Positions 1-9,733 are shown, counted from the stretch's first letter. The stretch is DNA of 64,000 nt from an uncultured delta proteobacterium (GCA_963790475.1 CAWBOS010000010.1:1888001-1952000); one strand, 5' to 3'. The notes: generated from the sequence alone by a model not told the origin. Translations and numbers: made by a program.

Positions 1-336
1 AAAACAGCCTCGGTCAAATACAAAGCCAAAAGGAGCACCTTCAATTTTGTTGTTAAGGAAATCAACCAGCATGAAATTACATTCCACGTTGGCTTTAGAA
101 GCCTTTTCTTTGGCCTTCTCCAGAGCAATCTCCGAAGTGTCGGTGCCAACCACCTGAAAGCGGTTCTGGGCCAGCCATAGGGCATTGTCTCCGGTTCCAC
201 AGCCAATATCTAAGGCTTTGCAGCTCAGAATAGGTTTTTGGGTAACCACTTCGATAAGGTTGAAATCTGCCTGGCCGACGTCCCAAGGAGTGTCCCCTGA
301 TTTGTATCTATCTCGATAACGCTCTTCGACCGTCAT
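1..336 (-). CDS. Class I SAM-dependent methyltransferase (TPMT/TehB-like), partial, runs off the left edge
   Basis: Manual translation, not in the ORF track: MTVEERYRDRYKSGDTPWDVG...KALDIGCGTGDNALWLAQ...FVFDRGCF; AGGAGG RBS upstream of the ATG at 336. Confidence 0.85.
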   Translation of the reverse strand, partial: MTVEERYRDRYKSGDTPWDVGQADFNLIEVVTQKPILSCKALDIGCGTGDNALWLAQNRFQVVGTDTSEIALEKAKEKASKANVECNFMLVDFLNNKIEGAPFGFVFDRGCF

Positions 337-441
337 CTGATTCCTCCTTATAGCTATGACATTAACGACACATATCACTATTCGCCGTAAAGCTGGAGAG
401 GAATGGCAATCTTGTGCAGACATTGGTTTGCCGATGGAAAA

Positions 442-648
442 TTATTCCATGGCTTCGGCGATCTTAATATCTCCCCTGAGAAGCTCATTCACTACCGAGG
501 ATCGATCAATTCCTTTTTTTGAAGCAATTTTCTCAACGAAGATTGAAACGGCCTCGTCGAGGTAAACGGGAATGTTTAGCTTCATATCCGGACGATAAAA
601 CCTACCTCTTTGACCTTTTGAAAAATCATACTCATTTCTCATGTTCAT
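442..648 (-). CDS. BrnA-like antitoxin (CopG/RHH type)
   Basis: MRNEYDFSKGQRGRFY N-terminus typical of BrnT partners; overlaps the toxin stop. Confidence 0.75.
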   Translation of the reverse strand: MNMRNEYDFSKGQRGRFYRPDMKLNIPVYLDEAVSIFVEKIASKKGIDRSSVVNELLRGDIKIAEAME

Positions 649-941
649 TCACCATAGATTTTGATTTCTTGCTTAGTTGCCTTCCGGCCTGAAATAATCC
701 TGATTCTTACGGCATCTTCATTTTCTTCACGAAAGGTATGGATCACAACCAATAACCTTCCATTTTCCGAAATACCCAGAGTTATCCATCGGTCTTCGGT
801 TTCACTGTGGTCTGGATCAAATATGGAAAGTGCCTTTGAGTCCCTAAATACCGTTGCAGCTTCGTCAAAAGATACAGCATGTTTTTCTCGGTTTTCATGC
901 GCTTTTGGGGGATCCCACTCAAAAATGTAATTTGTGGCCAT
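645..941 (-). CDS. brnT: BrnT family toxin (DUF497)
   Basis: FEWDPPKAHENREKHAVSFDEAATVF...HSETEDRWITLG...RIRIISGRKAT signature. Confidence 0.9.
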   Translation of the reverse strand: MATNYIFEWDPPKAHENREKHAVSFDEAATVFRDSKALSIFDPDHSETEDRWITLGISENGRLLVVIHTFREENEDAVRIRIISGRKATKQEIKIYGE

Positions 942-1184
942 TTTGCACTCATTTAATTTTATAGTAAAATCGATTCGTTATATGGCGAACAAATTATTCA
1001 AAAGTTGGGGTTTGAAGACCCTTGATCAATAAAACCTCAAATTCACCGTAACCTATTATAAATGATAAATATTATCTTGACAATTTTTATTATCCTTCTA
1101 ATTTATCGTCTGAATGGCTTGTTAAAAGAATAATAATGAATTTGTGCTGTTCATCGAATCATCCGTTCAAGAGAGGACCAACCC

Positions 1185-3137
1185 ATGACCATCAAAAGTC
1201 CCACCCATCCTTCGCCTCTGCCGGAAGAACTCGCCATCTCAAAACCGGCAACGAAATATACTGTTGAAAAGAATGCGACGGTACTGATGGAATTGCCTTT
1301 TGAAGACCGTGGCAGTTTCGAGAATGCCGCCCGTGGTTTCATCGCCAGTATTTCTCCCCTGACCATCAAACGATCGACGGATGGTAAGATAACCTACGAT
1401 CTCTCAAACCTTTCTTTCCTCGAGGGAGAGGCCCCATCCACCGCCAACCCCAGCCTCTGGCGCCAGGCCCAGCTCAATGCCCTTCATCACGGCCTCTTTG
1501 AAGTTGCAGACGGCATCTATCAGGTGAGGTCCTTTGATCTGGGCCATATGACTTTGATTCGAGGAGAAACCGGATGGATTGTGATCGATCCCCTGACCTC
1601 GGCCGAGTCTTCGCAAGCGGCCCTCGATCTGGCTGACAAACATCTGGGGCGCCGTCCGGTGAGGGCCATCATTTTCACCCACAGTCATGCCGATCATTTT
1701 GCGGGTGTGCTCGGCGTGATCGATCCGGAGGATGTAACATCCGGAAAGGTGGCTGTCGTCGCCCCGGATCAGTTTGTCAAGGCCGCTCTCAGCGAAAATG
1801 TGCTGGCCGGTAATGTCATGAGGCGGCGGGCCGATTATATGTACGGGCATTCATTGCCTCATTCACCCCGGGGCTTTATCACCAACGGCCTGGGGGCCCT
1901 GCTGTCGCTGGGATCAACCGGTTTTGTGGTCCCGACGGATATCATCAAGAAAACGGGCGAAACCCGGGTGGTCGATGGGGTCGAGATCGTCTTCCAGATG
2001 ACTCCCGACACGGAAGCGGTATCTGAGTTCGTTTTCTATCTCCCCCAATTTCGCGCCCTCTGTATGTCGGAGATCACCTCCCATCATTTACATAATGTTT
2101 ACACACCCCGGGGAGCGCAGGTTCGAGACGCCCTGGCCTGGTCCAATCAGATAAACCAATCGATCGATCTCTTCGGTGACCGAGTGGAGGTCCAGTTCGG
2201 AAGTCATCATTGGCCGGTCTGGGGACGGGAAGCGGTGATCGAATATTTGAAACAGCAACGGGACCTCTACAAATACATCCATGACCAGACCCTGCGTCTG
2301 GCCAACCACGGCTATACCAAAGAAGAAATCGCCGAGCAATTAAGACTTCCAGAAAGCCTGGCCCGGAATTTCTCCAATCGCGATTACTACGGAACCGTCA
2401 GCCACAACGCCAAGGCGGTATATGTGAAATACCTGGGTTACTTCGACGGCAACCCGGCCAATCTGAACCCCTTACCCCCGTCGGAAGCCTCCCGACGCTA
2501 TGTGGACTATATGGGCGGCGGTGATGCAATAATCCAAAAGGCCCGAAAATCCTTTGATGATGGGGATTACCGTTGGGTGGCTCAGGTGTTGAACCATGTT
2601 GTTCTGTCAGAACCGGATAATATACAGGCCCGGGCCTTGCTGGCCGACACCTATGAACAAATGGGTTATCAAACCGAATCCGGGCCATGGCGTAACTTTT
2701 ATCTTACCGGGGCCCTTGAACTTCGTCATGGTATTCCCGAAGGCTCCCCTGCGAAAATGAGCCCGGGCATGGTGCAGGGCCTGCCCCTGGAAAACGTATT
2801 TCAGGCCCTGGCCGTGCGTCTAAACGGCCCCAAAGCGGAAGGCAAACGATTGGTCCTCAATCTGAATTTCACCGATCTTGACCAACCCTATTTATTAACC
2901 GTTGAAAATTCGGTATTAAACACCTTCATCAACAAACAGGATCCCCGGGCGACCACCAAGTTGACTCTGTCCAGCCTGGACTTCAAATATCTGATGTCCG
3001 GTCTTGTCACCGCGGCCGACCTGATCTCCGCCAACAGGCTGGTAGTGGAAGGGGATCTGTCGATGCTTGTTGATTTCGCAAACCTCTTTGACCAGTTCAA
3101 TCCCTTTTTTCCAATCGTCACCCCCCGGCAAGATTAG
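1185..3137 (+). CDS. Alkyl/aryl sulfatase, SdsA1/BDS1 family (MBL fold, dimerisation domain, SCP2-like C-terminus)
   Basis: THSHADHF motif, NPSLWRQAQLN, HHWPVWG, YYGTVSHN, YLGYFDGNPANL; no obvious signal peptide. Confidence 0.9.
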   Translation: MTIKSPTHPSPLPEELAISKPATKYTVEKNATVLMELPFEDRGSFENAARGFIASISPLTIKRSTDGKITYDLSNLSFLEGEAPSTANPSLWRQAQLNALHHGLFEVADGIYQVRSFDLGHMTLIRGETGWIVIDPLTSAESSQAALDLADKHLGRRPVRAIIFTHSHADHFAGVLGVIDPEDVTSGKVAVVAPDQFVKAALSENVLAGNVMRRRADYMYGHSLPHSPRGFITNGLGALLSLGSTGFVVPTDIIKKTGETRVVDGVEIVFQMTPDTEAVSEFVFYLPQFRALCMSEITSHHLHNVYTPRGAQVRDALAWSNQINQSIDLFGDRVEVQFGSHHWPVWGREAVIEYLKQQRDLYKYIHDQTLRLANHGYTKEEIAEQLRLPESLARNFSNRDYYGTVSHNAKAVYVKYLGYFDGNPANLNPLPPSEASRRYVDYMGGGDAIIQKARKSFDDGDYRWVAQVLNHVVLSEPDNIQARALLADTYEQMGYQTESGPWRNFYLTGALELRHGIPEGSPAKMSPGMVQGLPLENVFQALAVRLNGPKAEGKRLVLNLNFTDLDQPYLLTVENSVLNTFINKQDPRATTKLTLSSLDFKYLMSGLVTAADLISANRLVVEGDLSMLVDFANLFDQFNPFFPIVTPRQD

Positions 3138-3242
3138 GAGGAGTTTTAAAAATTTTGACATAAAATCTGAGTTCAGATAATATTTCTAAAAATTTATACT
3201 CCCTTCAAAAAAAATGTTCAGCAGATAAGGAGCTCAAAAATA

Positions 3243-4238
3243 ATGAAAGAGCATAGGATCGGCGCCATTGTTATCCCTTACGGGATGTTCATCAATGACG
3301 TTACCTTGAACGAACGAACCCTGGAGAGAATCAGGCAGATTGCTCCGGAGGCCGAAATACTTATCATCAGAAACAAACAGGATTGGGAGCAAAGGGCCGA
3401 TGAGTTGACCTCGAATACAGAACTGGTTTTCGGACGTCTTCCCTTTGCCCGTCTTCGTGAACTTCCCAATCTGCGCTGGGTTCAGCAGGACTTTGCCGGA
3501 ACGGACTGGTTACTAAATTTTCCGGACCTCATCGAAAAAGAATTCATCTTGACCAATGCCTCGGGGGTCCATGCCATTCCGATTGCCGAACATATTCTGG
3601 CCATGATGCTGGCCCTGGCCCGTGATTTTCCCTACAGTTTCCAAAAACAACGCAACCATCAATGGGGACGGCGGGGCCAGGTGACCGAACTGGAGGGAAC
3701 AACCCTGGGGGTGATCGGGCTGGGAAGGATCGGAGAGAAAACAGCCGAAAAAGCCAAAGGTTTAAACATGAAGGTTTTGGCCACGCGCCGGAATCCGGAG
3801 CGCTCTTCTCCTTATGTTGATCGGATGTATGGGGCGGAGGGGCTCAAGGAACTGCTCACCCAATCCGACTGGGTCGTTATCGCCGCGCCCATGACACCGG
3901 AAACAAGAGGGATGATCGGAGAAAAAGAGCTAAGGAGCATGAAGAAATCCGCCCATATCATTAATATCGCCCGGGGTTCCATTATCCAGGAAAAGGTCCT
4001 GACCAAAGCCCTGCAGGAAGGTTGGATCGCCGGGGCCGGCCTCGATGTCTTTGAGAAAGAACCCCTGCCGGAAGATTCCCCCTTGTGGGATATGGAAAAT
4101 GTTATCATTACCGGGCACTTTGCCGGGTCAACCCCCTTCTATTTCGAAAGGGTCCTGGAAATATTCCTCGAAAACCTGAGACGCTATCGGGCCGGTGAGC
4201 CCTTATTCAACGTAGTGGATAAACAGAGAGGTTATTAA
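3243..4238 (+). CDS. D-2-hydroxyacid dehydrogenase family protein
   Basis: GLGRIG Rossmann motif, INIARG, AGLDVFEKEPLP, C-terminal NVVDKQRGY. Confidence 0.9.
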   Translation: MKEHRIGAIVIPYGMFINDVTLNERTLERIRQIAPEAEILIIRNKQDWEQRADELTSNTELVFGRLPFARLRELPNLRWVQQDFAGTDWLLNFPDLIEKEFILTNASGVHAIPIAEHILAMMLALARDFPYSFQKQRNHQWGRRGQVTELEGTTLGVIGLGRIGEKTAEKAKGLNMKVLATRRNPERSSPYVDRMYGAEGLKELLTQSDWVVIAAPMTPETRGMIGEKELRSMKKSAHIINIARGSIIQEKVLTKALQEGWIAGAGLDVFEKEPLPEDSPLWDMENVIITGHFAGSTPFYFERVLEIFLENLRRYRAGEPLFNVVDKQRGY

Positions 4239-4278
4239 GTCAGCTCAACTTTGATCCGCTTTTTCCATTTTTTATTCC

Positions 4279-4310
4279 AAAAAAAGGGGCGATTCGCATC
4301 GCCCCCTTTT
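4279..4310. terminator. Bidirectional rho-independent terminator
   Basis: A-tract GGGGCGAT-tcgc-ATCGCCCC T-tract between convergent genes. Confidence 0.8.
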
Positions 4311-4333
4311 CATACTAATTAGCTTTACTTCTT

Positions 4334-5101
4334 TTACTTCCAACCACCTCGGGCACCACGTCCCATACCCAGGGGGCCGGCCGGCCAGTTGAATCCGGTC
4401 ATCATAACATTATCTACATCTTCGCCGGTGGCGATACCTTCTTGGACGATTTTCAATGCTTCCAAGGTCAGGGCCTTATAAATACGATTTCCGATAAAAC
4501 CCGTATCACCCGGAATATCTTTGACCTTCACGGTCAACTTGCCCATCTTACGTCCCAACTCCATGATGATGTCAACCACCTCGGGAAGGACATCAGCCGT
4601 ATAGATGACCTCACAGCCTTTCATGATACTTGCCGGGCTGAAGAAGTGCATCCCGATAAAACGGTCCTTGCGATTGGTAACCGCCGCCAGATCGGCGATG
4701 GTGAAAAATGAAGTGTTGCTGGCGAAAATAGCTTTCTTGTTAATGGCCTTATCCAGATCGGCGAAGACCTTTAGTTTCATGTCTTTGTTTTCCATTTGGC
4801 CGGGGCCGCCGCCAATGGCCTCGATCAATAGGTCAACGTCTTTAAGGTCCTCGATCTTGCTGGTTGTAGACAACAGGGCCAGGGCCTGGTCAGCCTGTTC
4901 CTGGGTCATCTTGCCACGTTGGACTCCTCCGGCCAAACCGAAACGGCCATTAGCGACAGCGTCTTTGGCCTTGGCGGCCAACTCATCGGTAAGATCACGG
5001 CAAATAACCTTGTATCCGGCCAGAATCGCCGACTGGCTGATCCCCTGGCCCATTACGCCACCACCCAGTACTCCGATTGTTTTGATGTCTTCGAGCTTCA
5101 T
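4334..5101 (-). CDS. 3-hydroxyacyl-CoA dehydrogenase family protein, copy 1 (short C-terminus)
   Basis: GGGVMGQGI, IFASNTS, GMHFFSPA, GFIGNR, NWPAGP. Confidence 0.85.
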   Translation of the reverse strand: MKLEDIKTIGVLGGGVMGQGISQSAILAGYKVICRDLTDELAAKAKDAVANGRFGLAGGVQRGKMTQEQADQALALLSTTSKIEDLKDVDLLIEAIGGGPGQMENKDMKLKVFADLDKAINKKAIFASNTSFFTIADLAAVTNRKDRFIGMHFFSPASIMKGCEVIYTADVLPEVVDIIMELGRKMGKLTVKVKDIPGDTGFIGNRIYKALTLEALKIVQEGIATGEDVDNVMMTGFNWPAGPLGMGRGARGGWK

Positions 5102-5285
5102 TTCTTACCTCCTTATTTGGGTTTTTTATGCTCCGCGAGATGTTTCGAGTAGACCGATGAATATGAAAACGATCCGGCTATTGGAAACCTGCTCTGATAC
5201 TTGGTCAAGTTATAAGGGAAGACAGTTGCCTGTCAAGAAAAATATTTTCTTTATTTTTCTTGAGCTGTCTTTTTTCCTTTTTGCC

Positions 5286-5339
5286 TTGACTTCTTAATGT
5301 TAAGTGTGGTAAAACATGCTAAAAGTGAACGAGCGCTCG
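5286..5339 (+). promoter_or_regulatory. Putative sigma70 promoter of the ACAD operon with a downstream palindromic operator
   Basis: TTGACT at 5286, TG-G-TAAAAC at about 5310, perfect palindrome CGAGCGCTCG at 5330-5339. Confidence 0.4.
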
Positions 5340-5462
5340 GAATTTATTCGGCCTGTTCGGGACCCGTTTTGTCATTATTTTAATTGGCAGGTTGGTATTT
5401 GGGACTTTCTATAAATCCATAAATGATAGAGATAGGGAAGCCTAAAAAAAGGAGGAAGATAA

Positions 5463-6572
5463 ATGGCTGATTTTACATTAGACGAAGATCAAAAACAGAT
5501 CCAGGACATGATGCGCAAATTTGCCGAAAAGGAGTTAAGGCCTATTGCGCGGGATTGTGATGAAAAAGATGAATTACCGGAAGACCTCTTGCAGAAGGTC
5601 TGGGAGCTGGGTTTTTGCGCTAATATTATCCCAGAAAAATTCGGCGGGTACGACATGAGCCGCTCGGCCCTTAACGCCGCAATCATGGCCGAAGAACTGG
5701 CCTGGGGAGACACCAGTCTGGCCATCGGAGCGTTATCCCCTTTGCTGATGGCCGTTCCCGTTCTTGAGTTCGGGACCGACGAACAAAAAGAGGAATGGCT
5801 GCCGAAGTTTTGCAGCGAGAATTTTTACCCGGCCACAGCGGCCCTGATGGAACGCCGGATCACCTTTGAACCGACGATGTTGCACACCACGGTGGAGATG
5901 CAAAAAGAGGTGATGGTGTTAAACGGGGCCAAATGCATGGTACCCCTGGCCGACCGGGCGGAGCAGATCCTGGTTTATGCCACCACCGCTAAAGGAGCCG
6001 GGGCGGCGGCGATTGAAGCAATCATCGTGGATAGGAACACTCCCGGAGTGACTGTCGGCGAAAAGGAAAAGAATATGGGGTTCAAACCCTTACCCCTATT
6101 TCCGGTGACGTTCAAGGATGTAGAGGTGCCCATTTCTCGCCGTCTGGGAGGAGAGAAAAGTATCAACTTCATGAGACTGCTGAATCTTTCCCGGGCCAAT
6201 CTCTGTTCTATGGCCGTTGGGGTTTCCCGGGCCTCGAATGAGTATGCCATTAAATACGCCAAAGAGCGTTTTGCCTTTGGGGAGCCCATAGCCAGCCGAC
6301 AGGCAGTGGCCTGGATGTTGGGGGAATCGGCGATAGAAGTGGCCGGGATGCGGTTGATGGTCAGGCGGACGGCTTGGCGGTTGGACCGGAACGAAGATGC
6401 CACTCGGGACGCCGGGCTGACTAAAATGTATTGCGCCGACAAGACCATGCTGGTTACGGATTACGGGGTGCAGGTTTTAGGCGGTCACGGATATATCCGA
6501 GAACATCCGGTGGAATTGTGGTTCAGAAACGGCCGGGGTTTTGACACCCTGGAAGGATTGGCCATCGGATAA
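5463..6572 (+). CDS. Acyl-CoA dehydrogenase (FadE24-like subunit)
   Basis: YAKERFAFGEPIASRQAVAW, VQVLGGHGYIREHPVELWFR; ends right after the EG motif as FadE24-type subunits do. Confidence 0.85.
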   Translation: MADFTLDEDQKQIQDMMRKFAEKELRPIARDCDEKDELPEDLLQKVWELGFCANIIPEKFGGYDMSRSALNAAIMAEELAWGDTSLAIGALSPLLMAVPVLEFGTDEQKEEWLPKFCSENFYPATAALMERRITFEPTMLHTTVEMQKEVMVLNGAKCMVPLADRAEQILVYATTAKGAGAAAIEAIIVDRNTPGVTVGEKEKNMGFKPLPLFPVTFKDVEVPISRRLGGEKSINFMRLLNLSRANLCSMAVGVSRASNEYAIKYAKERFAFGEPIASRQAVAWMLGESAIEVAGMRLMVRRTAWRLDRNEDATRDAGLTKMYCADKTMLVTDYGVQVLGGHGYIREHPVELWFRNGRGFDTLEGLAIG

Positions 6573-6577
6573 AAGAT

Positions 6578-6685
6578 AGGTTTAAGGTCTAAGGTCCAAG
6601 GTGTAAGGTGAAAGAACTCTAAACCCCCAACACCTTAAACCTTAACCCTTATACCTTATACCGTACACCTTAAACCTTAGACCTT
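6578..6685. repeat. Inverted 7-mer tandem array, (AAGGTnn)n ... (nnACCTT)n
   Basis: aggtttaaggtctaaggtccaaggtgtaaggtg ... caccttaaaccttaacccttataccttataccgtacaccttaaaccttagacct. Confidence 0.85.
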
Positions 6686-6733
6686 TTGATTATAAAACGA
6701 AGCCCCCACGGGCTTCGCCAAGGGAGGAAAACG

Positions 6734-7909
6734 ATGATAGATTTTTCATTTACGCCGAAAACGCTAAAAGCTAAAAAGTCAGCCCAAGAGGGTGCTGAAT
6801 ATTTAAGGAGTCTGGCCCGTTATTATGACGATCATGAACATGAGGAATTAAAACCGGAAGAAATAAATCGGATAAAAGAACTTTCCGCCAACACCGCTAA
6901 AATCATGGCTGAACCGGGACCGAACGACGGCGGGTTCTTGAGCATGATTGTTCTAAGCGAGGAACAGTCCGCAGGGGATCCCATGATGGGCGGCGCCGCT
7001 TCAAACACCGGACTGGGCAATGCCGCTATCGGGGCCGTAGCCACCGCGGATCAGAAAGCCCGTTTTGGCCACCTGTATTGCGCCATGGCCATCACCGAAC
7101 CCGGTTTTGGTTCTGATACTGCGGCGGTTTCCACAACCGCCAAACTCGACACGGCCACCAATGAATGGGTACTTAACGGGGAAAAGATCTTCGTCACCGC
7201 CGGAAAACGCTGCGAGGCCGTCGTCGTTTGGGCCACGGTGGACAAGAGCAAAGGCCGGGCGGCTATTAAAAGCTTTGTCGTCGAAAAATTCCGCAAGGGC
7301 ATAACCCTGACAAAACTGGAGCACAAACTGGGGATCAGGGCCTCGGATACCGCCTCGATCCTTCTTGAAGACTGTCGTATCCCCTTTGACAATATTCTCG
7401 GTTCACCGGAAGTCAAAGCGGCCAAAGGCGGACAGGTAGGCGTTTTTGCCACCTTCGACGCCACCCGACCGGCAGTAGCTTCCATGGCCCTGGGAGTAGC
7501 CAGGGCCGCCTTGACTTTCACCAAAGAGAAACTGGAAGAAGCCGGGGTTGACTTTCCTTATGACCGGGGTATTCATTCCTTAAGCGCCGTTCAGAAAGAG
7601 GTCCTGGATATGGAGGCCAACCTGGATGTGGCCAGGCTGCTGGTCTGGCAATCGGCCTCCATGCTGGACAAGGCCCAGAGAAACAGCCTGGAGTCCTCCA
7701 TGGGAAAGTCCAAGGCCGGTAGGGCCGCCACTTTGATCTGTCAAAGATGCGTGGCTCTTTTAGGGCCTCTTGGTTACTCACGAGAATGGCTGGCTGAAAA
7801 ATGGATGCGGGATTGCAAGATCAACGATATCTTTGAGGGAACCGGTCAGATCCAGATGCTGATCGTCTGCCGGCAGATCCTGGGCTTTTCGCGGGATCTA
7901 TTAAAGTAA
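6734..7909 (+). CDS. Acyl-CoA dehydrogenase (FadE23-like subunit)
   Basis: AMAITEPGFGSD, WVLNGEKIFVT, EKWMRDCKINDIFEGTGQIQ; ATG at 6734 after GGAGG. Confidence 0.88.
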   Translation: MIDFSFTPKTLKAKKSAQEGAEYLRSLARYYDDHEHEELKPEEINRIKELSANTAKIMAEPGPNDGGFLSMIVLSEEQSAGDPMMGGAASNTGLGNAAIGAVATADQKARFGHLYCAMAITEPGFGSDTAAVSTTAKLDTATNEWVLNGEKIFVTAGKRCEAVVVWATVDKSKGRAAIKSFVVEKFRKGITLTKLEHKLGIRASDTASILLEDCRIPFDNILGSPEVKAAKGGQVGVFATFDATRPAVASMALGVARAALTFTKEKLEEAGVDFPYDRGIHSLSAVQKEVLDMEANLDVARLLVWQSASMLDKAQRNSLESSMGKSKAGRAATLICQRCVALLGPLGYSREWLAEKWMRDCKINDIFEGTGQIQMLIVCRQILGFSRDLLK

Positions 7910-7964
7910 AGGATCTAAAAACAGACTTCCAAACCGTCCTAGCGGGCGCCAAGAAACATAAAAA

Positions 7965-8047
7965 AGGATTCAAGGGGACAGGGATTCAAGCGAAAAGCAG
8001 GGAATTAAAAACCCTCACCCCTTGAATCCTTGAACCCTTGAATCCTG
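7965..8047. repeat. Inverted 8-mer tandem array (GGATTCAA / TTGAATCC)
   Basis: aggattcaagggg..gggattcaagcg ... cccttgaatccttgaacccttgaatcct between convergent genes. Confidence 0.75.
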
Positions 8048-8053
8048 ACTTTA

Positions 8054-8821
8054 TTACTTCCAACCCCCACGTGCCCCGCGTCCCATACCCAGAGGTCCGA
8101 CCGGCCAGTTGAAGCCTGTGGTCATTACGGTATCGATATCCTCGGGAGTAGCCAGGCCTTCTTCCACGATCTTGTTGGCCTCCATACGAAGGGCACGATA
8201 AACCCGGTTGCCGATGAAGCCGGTGTCCCCGGGCCTGTCTTTGACCTTCACCGGGACCTTGCCCCATCTGCGGCCGAGTTCCATGGTAATTTCGATCACC
8301 TCAGGCAATACATCCGCGGTCCAGATAACCTCACAGCCTTTCATCACGTTCGCCGGGCTGAAGAAGTGCATACCGATGAAACGGTCCTTGCGACTGGTAA
8401 CCGCCGCCAGATCGGCGATGGTAAAAAATGAGGTGTTGCTGGCGAAAATAGCTTTCTTATTGATTGTCTTATCCAGATCGGCGAATACCTTTAGCTTCAT
8501 GTCTTTGCTTTCCATTTGACCGGGGCCGCCGCCAATAGCCTCGATCATGAAGTCCACGTTTTTAAGATCCTCGACCTTGCTGGTCACTGTCAATAAACCC
8601 CGGGCCTTGTCGGCTTGGTCCTGCGTCAGCTTGCCCCGCTGGACAGCTCCGGCCAGGCCGAACCGTCCGTTGACAATGTTGTCCATGGTTTTAGCGACAA
8701 TTTCATCCGTCAGATCACGACAAATGACCTTGTAGCCCGCGACTATCGCCGACTGGCTTATACCCTGCCCCATCAGACCGCCCCCAAGCACACCGATTGT
8801 TTTGATGTCGTCAATATTCAT
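8054..8821 (-). CDS. 3-hydroxyacyl-CoA dehydrogenase family protein, copy 2
   Basis: Same length (768 bp) and highly similar to 4334-5101; start reassigned to ATG 8821 (MNIDDIK) after an AAGGAGG RBS. Confidence 0.85.
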   Translation of the reverse strand: MNIDDIKTIGVLGGGLMGQGISQSAIVAGYKVICRDLTDEIVAKTMDNIVNGRFGLAGAVQRGKLTQDQADKARGLLTVTSKVEDLKNVDFMIEAIGGGPGQMESKDMKLKVFADLDKTINKKAIFASNTSFFTIADLAAVTSRKDRFIGMHFFSPANVMKGCEVIWTADVLPEVIEITMELGRRWGKVPVKVKDRPGDTGFIGNRVYRALRMEANKIVEEGLATPEDIDTVMTTGFNWPVGPLGMGRGARGGWK

Positions 8822-9106
8822 CGCTGAACCTCCTTTTTTGGTTTTATTTATTCTTATGTTGAGAAAAAGGTATAAGGGAAATTGAATGTCTGTCAAGAAA
8901 AAATTTTACCGGAAACAGTTTTTCTTTTTTCTTCCAGCATTTCCGTTTTTTCCTCTTGACCGCTCAGGCCACTTCTTTTATAATCTTTTTTCAAAGAAAA
9001 ACTTCTATTCGAGAGAACAACGTTAACCGACACAAACCCGATAATACCTTTGGAGATCCGTGCTGCCGAAACCTTTACTCTACCCATCAAAGAAAGGAGA
9101 CTGACC

Positions 9107-9733
9107 GTGAAGAACTTCAGGATGTTGTGGTTGGTATTGCTTGCAGTGAGCTTAGTACTCAGTTCGCCTTTTTATGCCCTGGCGGACGAACCCCAACTTC
9201 TTAAGGGCATCCCGCTTGAATGGAAACCGGCGGATGATGCGAGATCCCTGAAAGCGATCGATTTGTCGGTTTACCAAAACACACATTTCATGATTACGCC
9301 TTTCAATGATTTCAGAAAGAACCCCGCCGAGATAGGAGTGAATATCGAGAAAAGATTGTCCAGCTCGGAACTGCCTGTTACCACGAAAGATAATGTGGCC
9401 AACTGGGTGACATTCTATTTTTCGAAAACGCTTTCTGATTTTGATATGGACGTCGTCAAGGAAAAAGGCAACCTGACACTGGAGGCGGATATCATGAAAT
9501 TTTTCGTCACCGAACAATCTATCTATAAGGGGCAGGTTGCCTTGAAAGTCCGGTTATTATCAAAAACCAAAGCCGTAATCTGGGAGGAAATGATAAGCGG
9601 TGAGTCGATCCGCTTCGGTAAATCCTATTCTGCCACTAATTATTATGAAGCCCTGAGCAATGCCGTTATTTCCGCTGTGCATTCGCTCTTGAAGAATGAT
9701 GCCTTTAAGAATGCGGTCCAAAAGGGCAAATAA
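9107..9733 (+). CDS. Secreted hypothetical protein (YajG-like fold possible)
   Basis: GTG start after AGGAG; signal peptide MLWLVLLAVSLVLSSPFYALA; family assignment tentative. Confidence 0.6.
   Translation: MKNFRMLWLVLLAVSLVLSSPFYALADEPQLLKGIPLEWKPADDARSLKAIDLSVYQNTHFMITPFNDFRKNPAEIGVNIEKRLSSSELPVTTKDNVANWVTFYFSKTLSDFDMDVVKEKGNLTLEADIMKFFVTEQSIYKGQVALKVRLLSKTKAVIWEEMISGESIRFGKSYSATNYYEALSNAVISAVHSLLKNDAFKNAVQKGK

Noticed and set aside
4605-5297. Long opposite-strand ORFs (230 aa here; also 22067-22846, 32808-33491, 19238-19894 and others)
   Set aside because: Antisense shadows of well-supported genes, with no recognisable motifs.
6578-6685. Tandem arrays as a possible CRISPR array
   Set aside because: Units are 7-8 nt without unique 30-40 nt spacers, and no cas genes are present.
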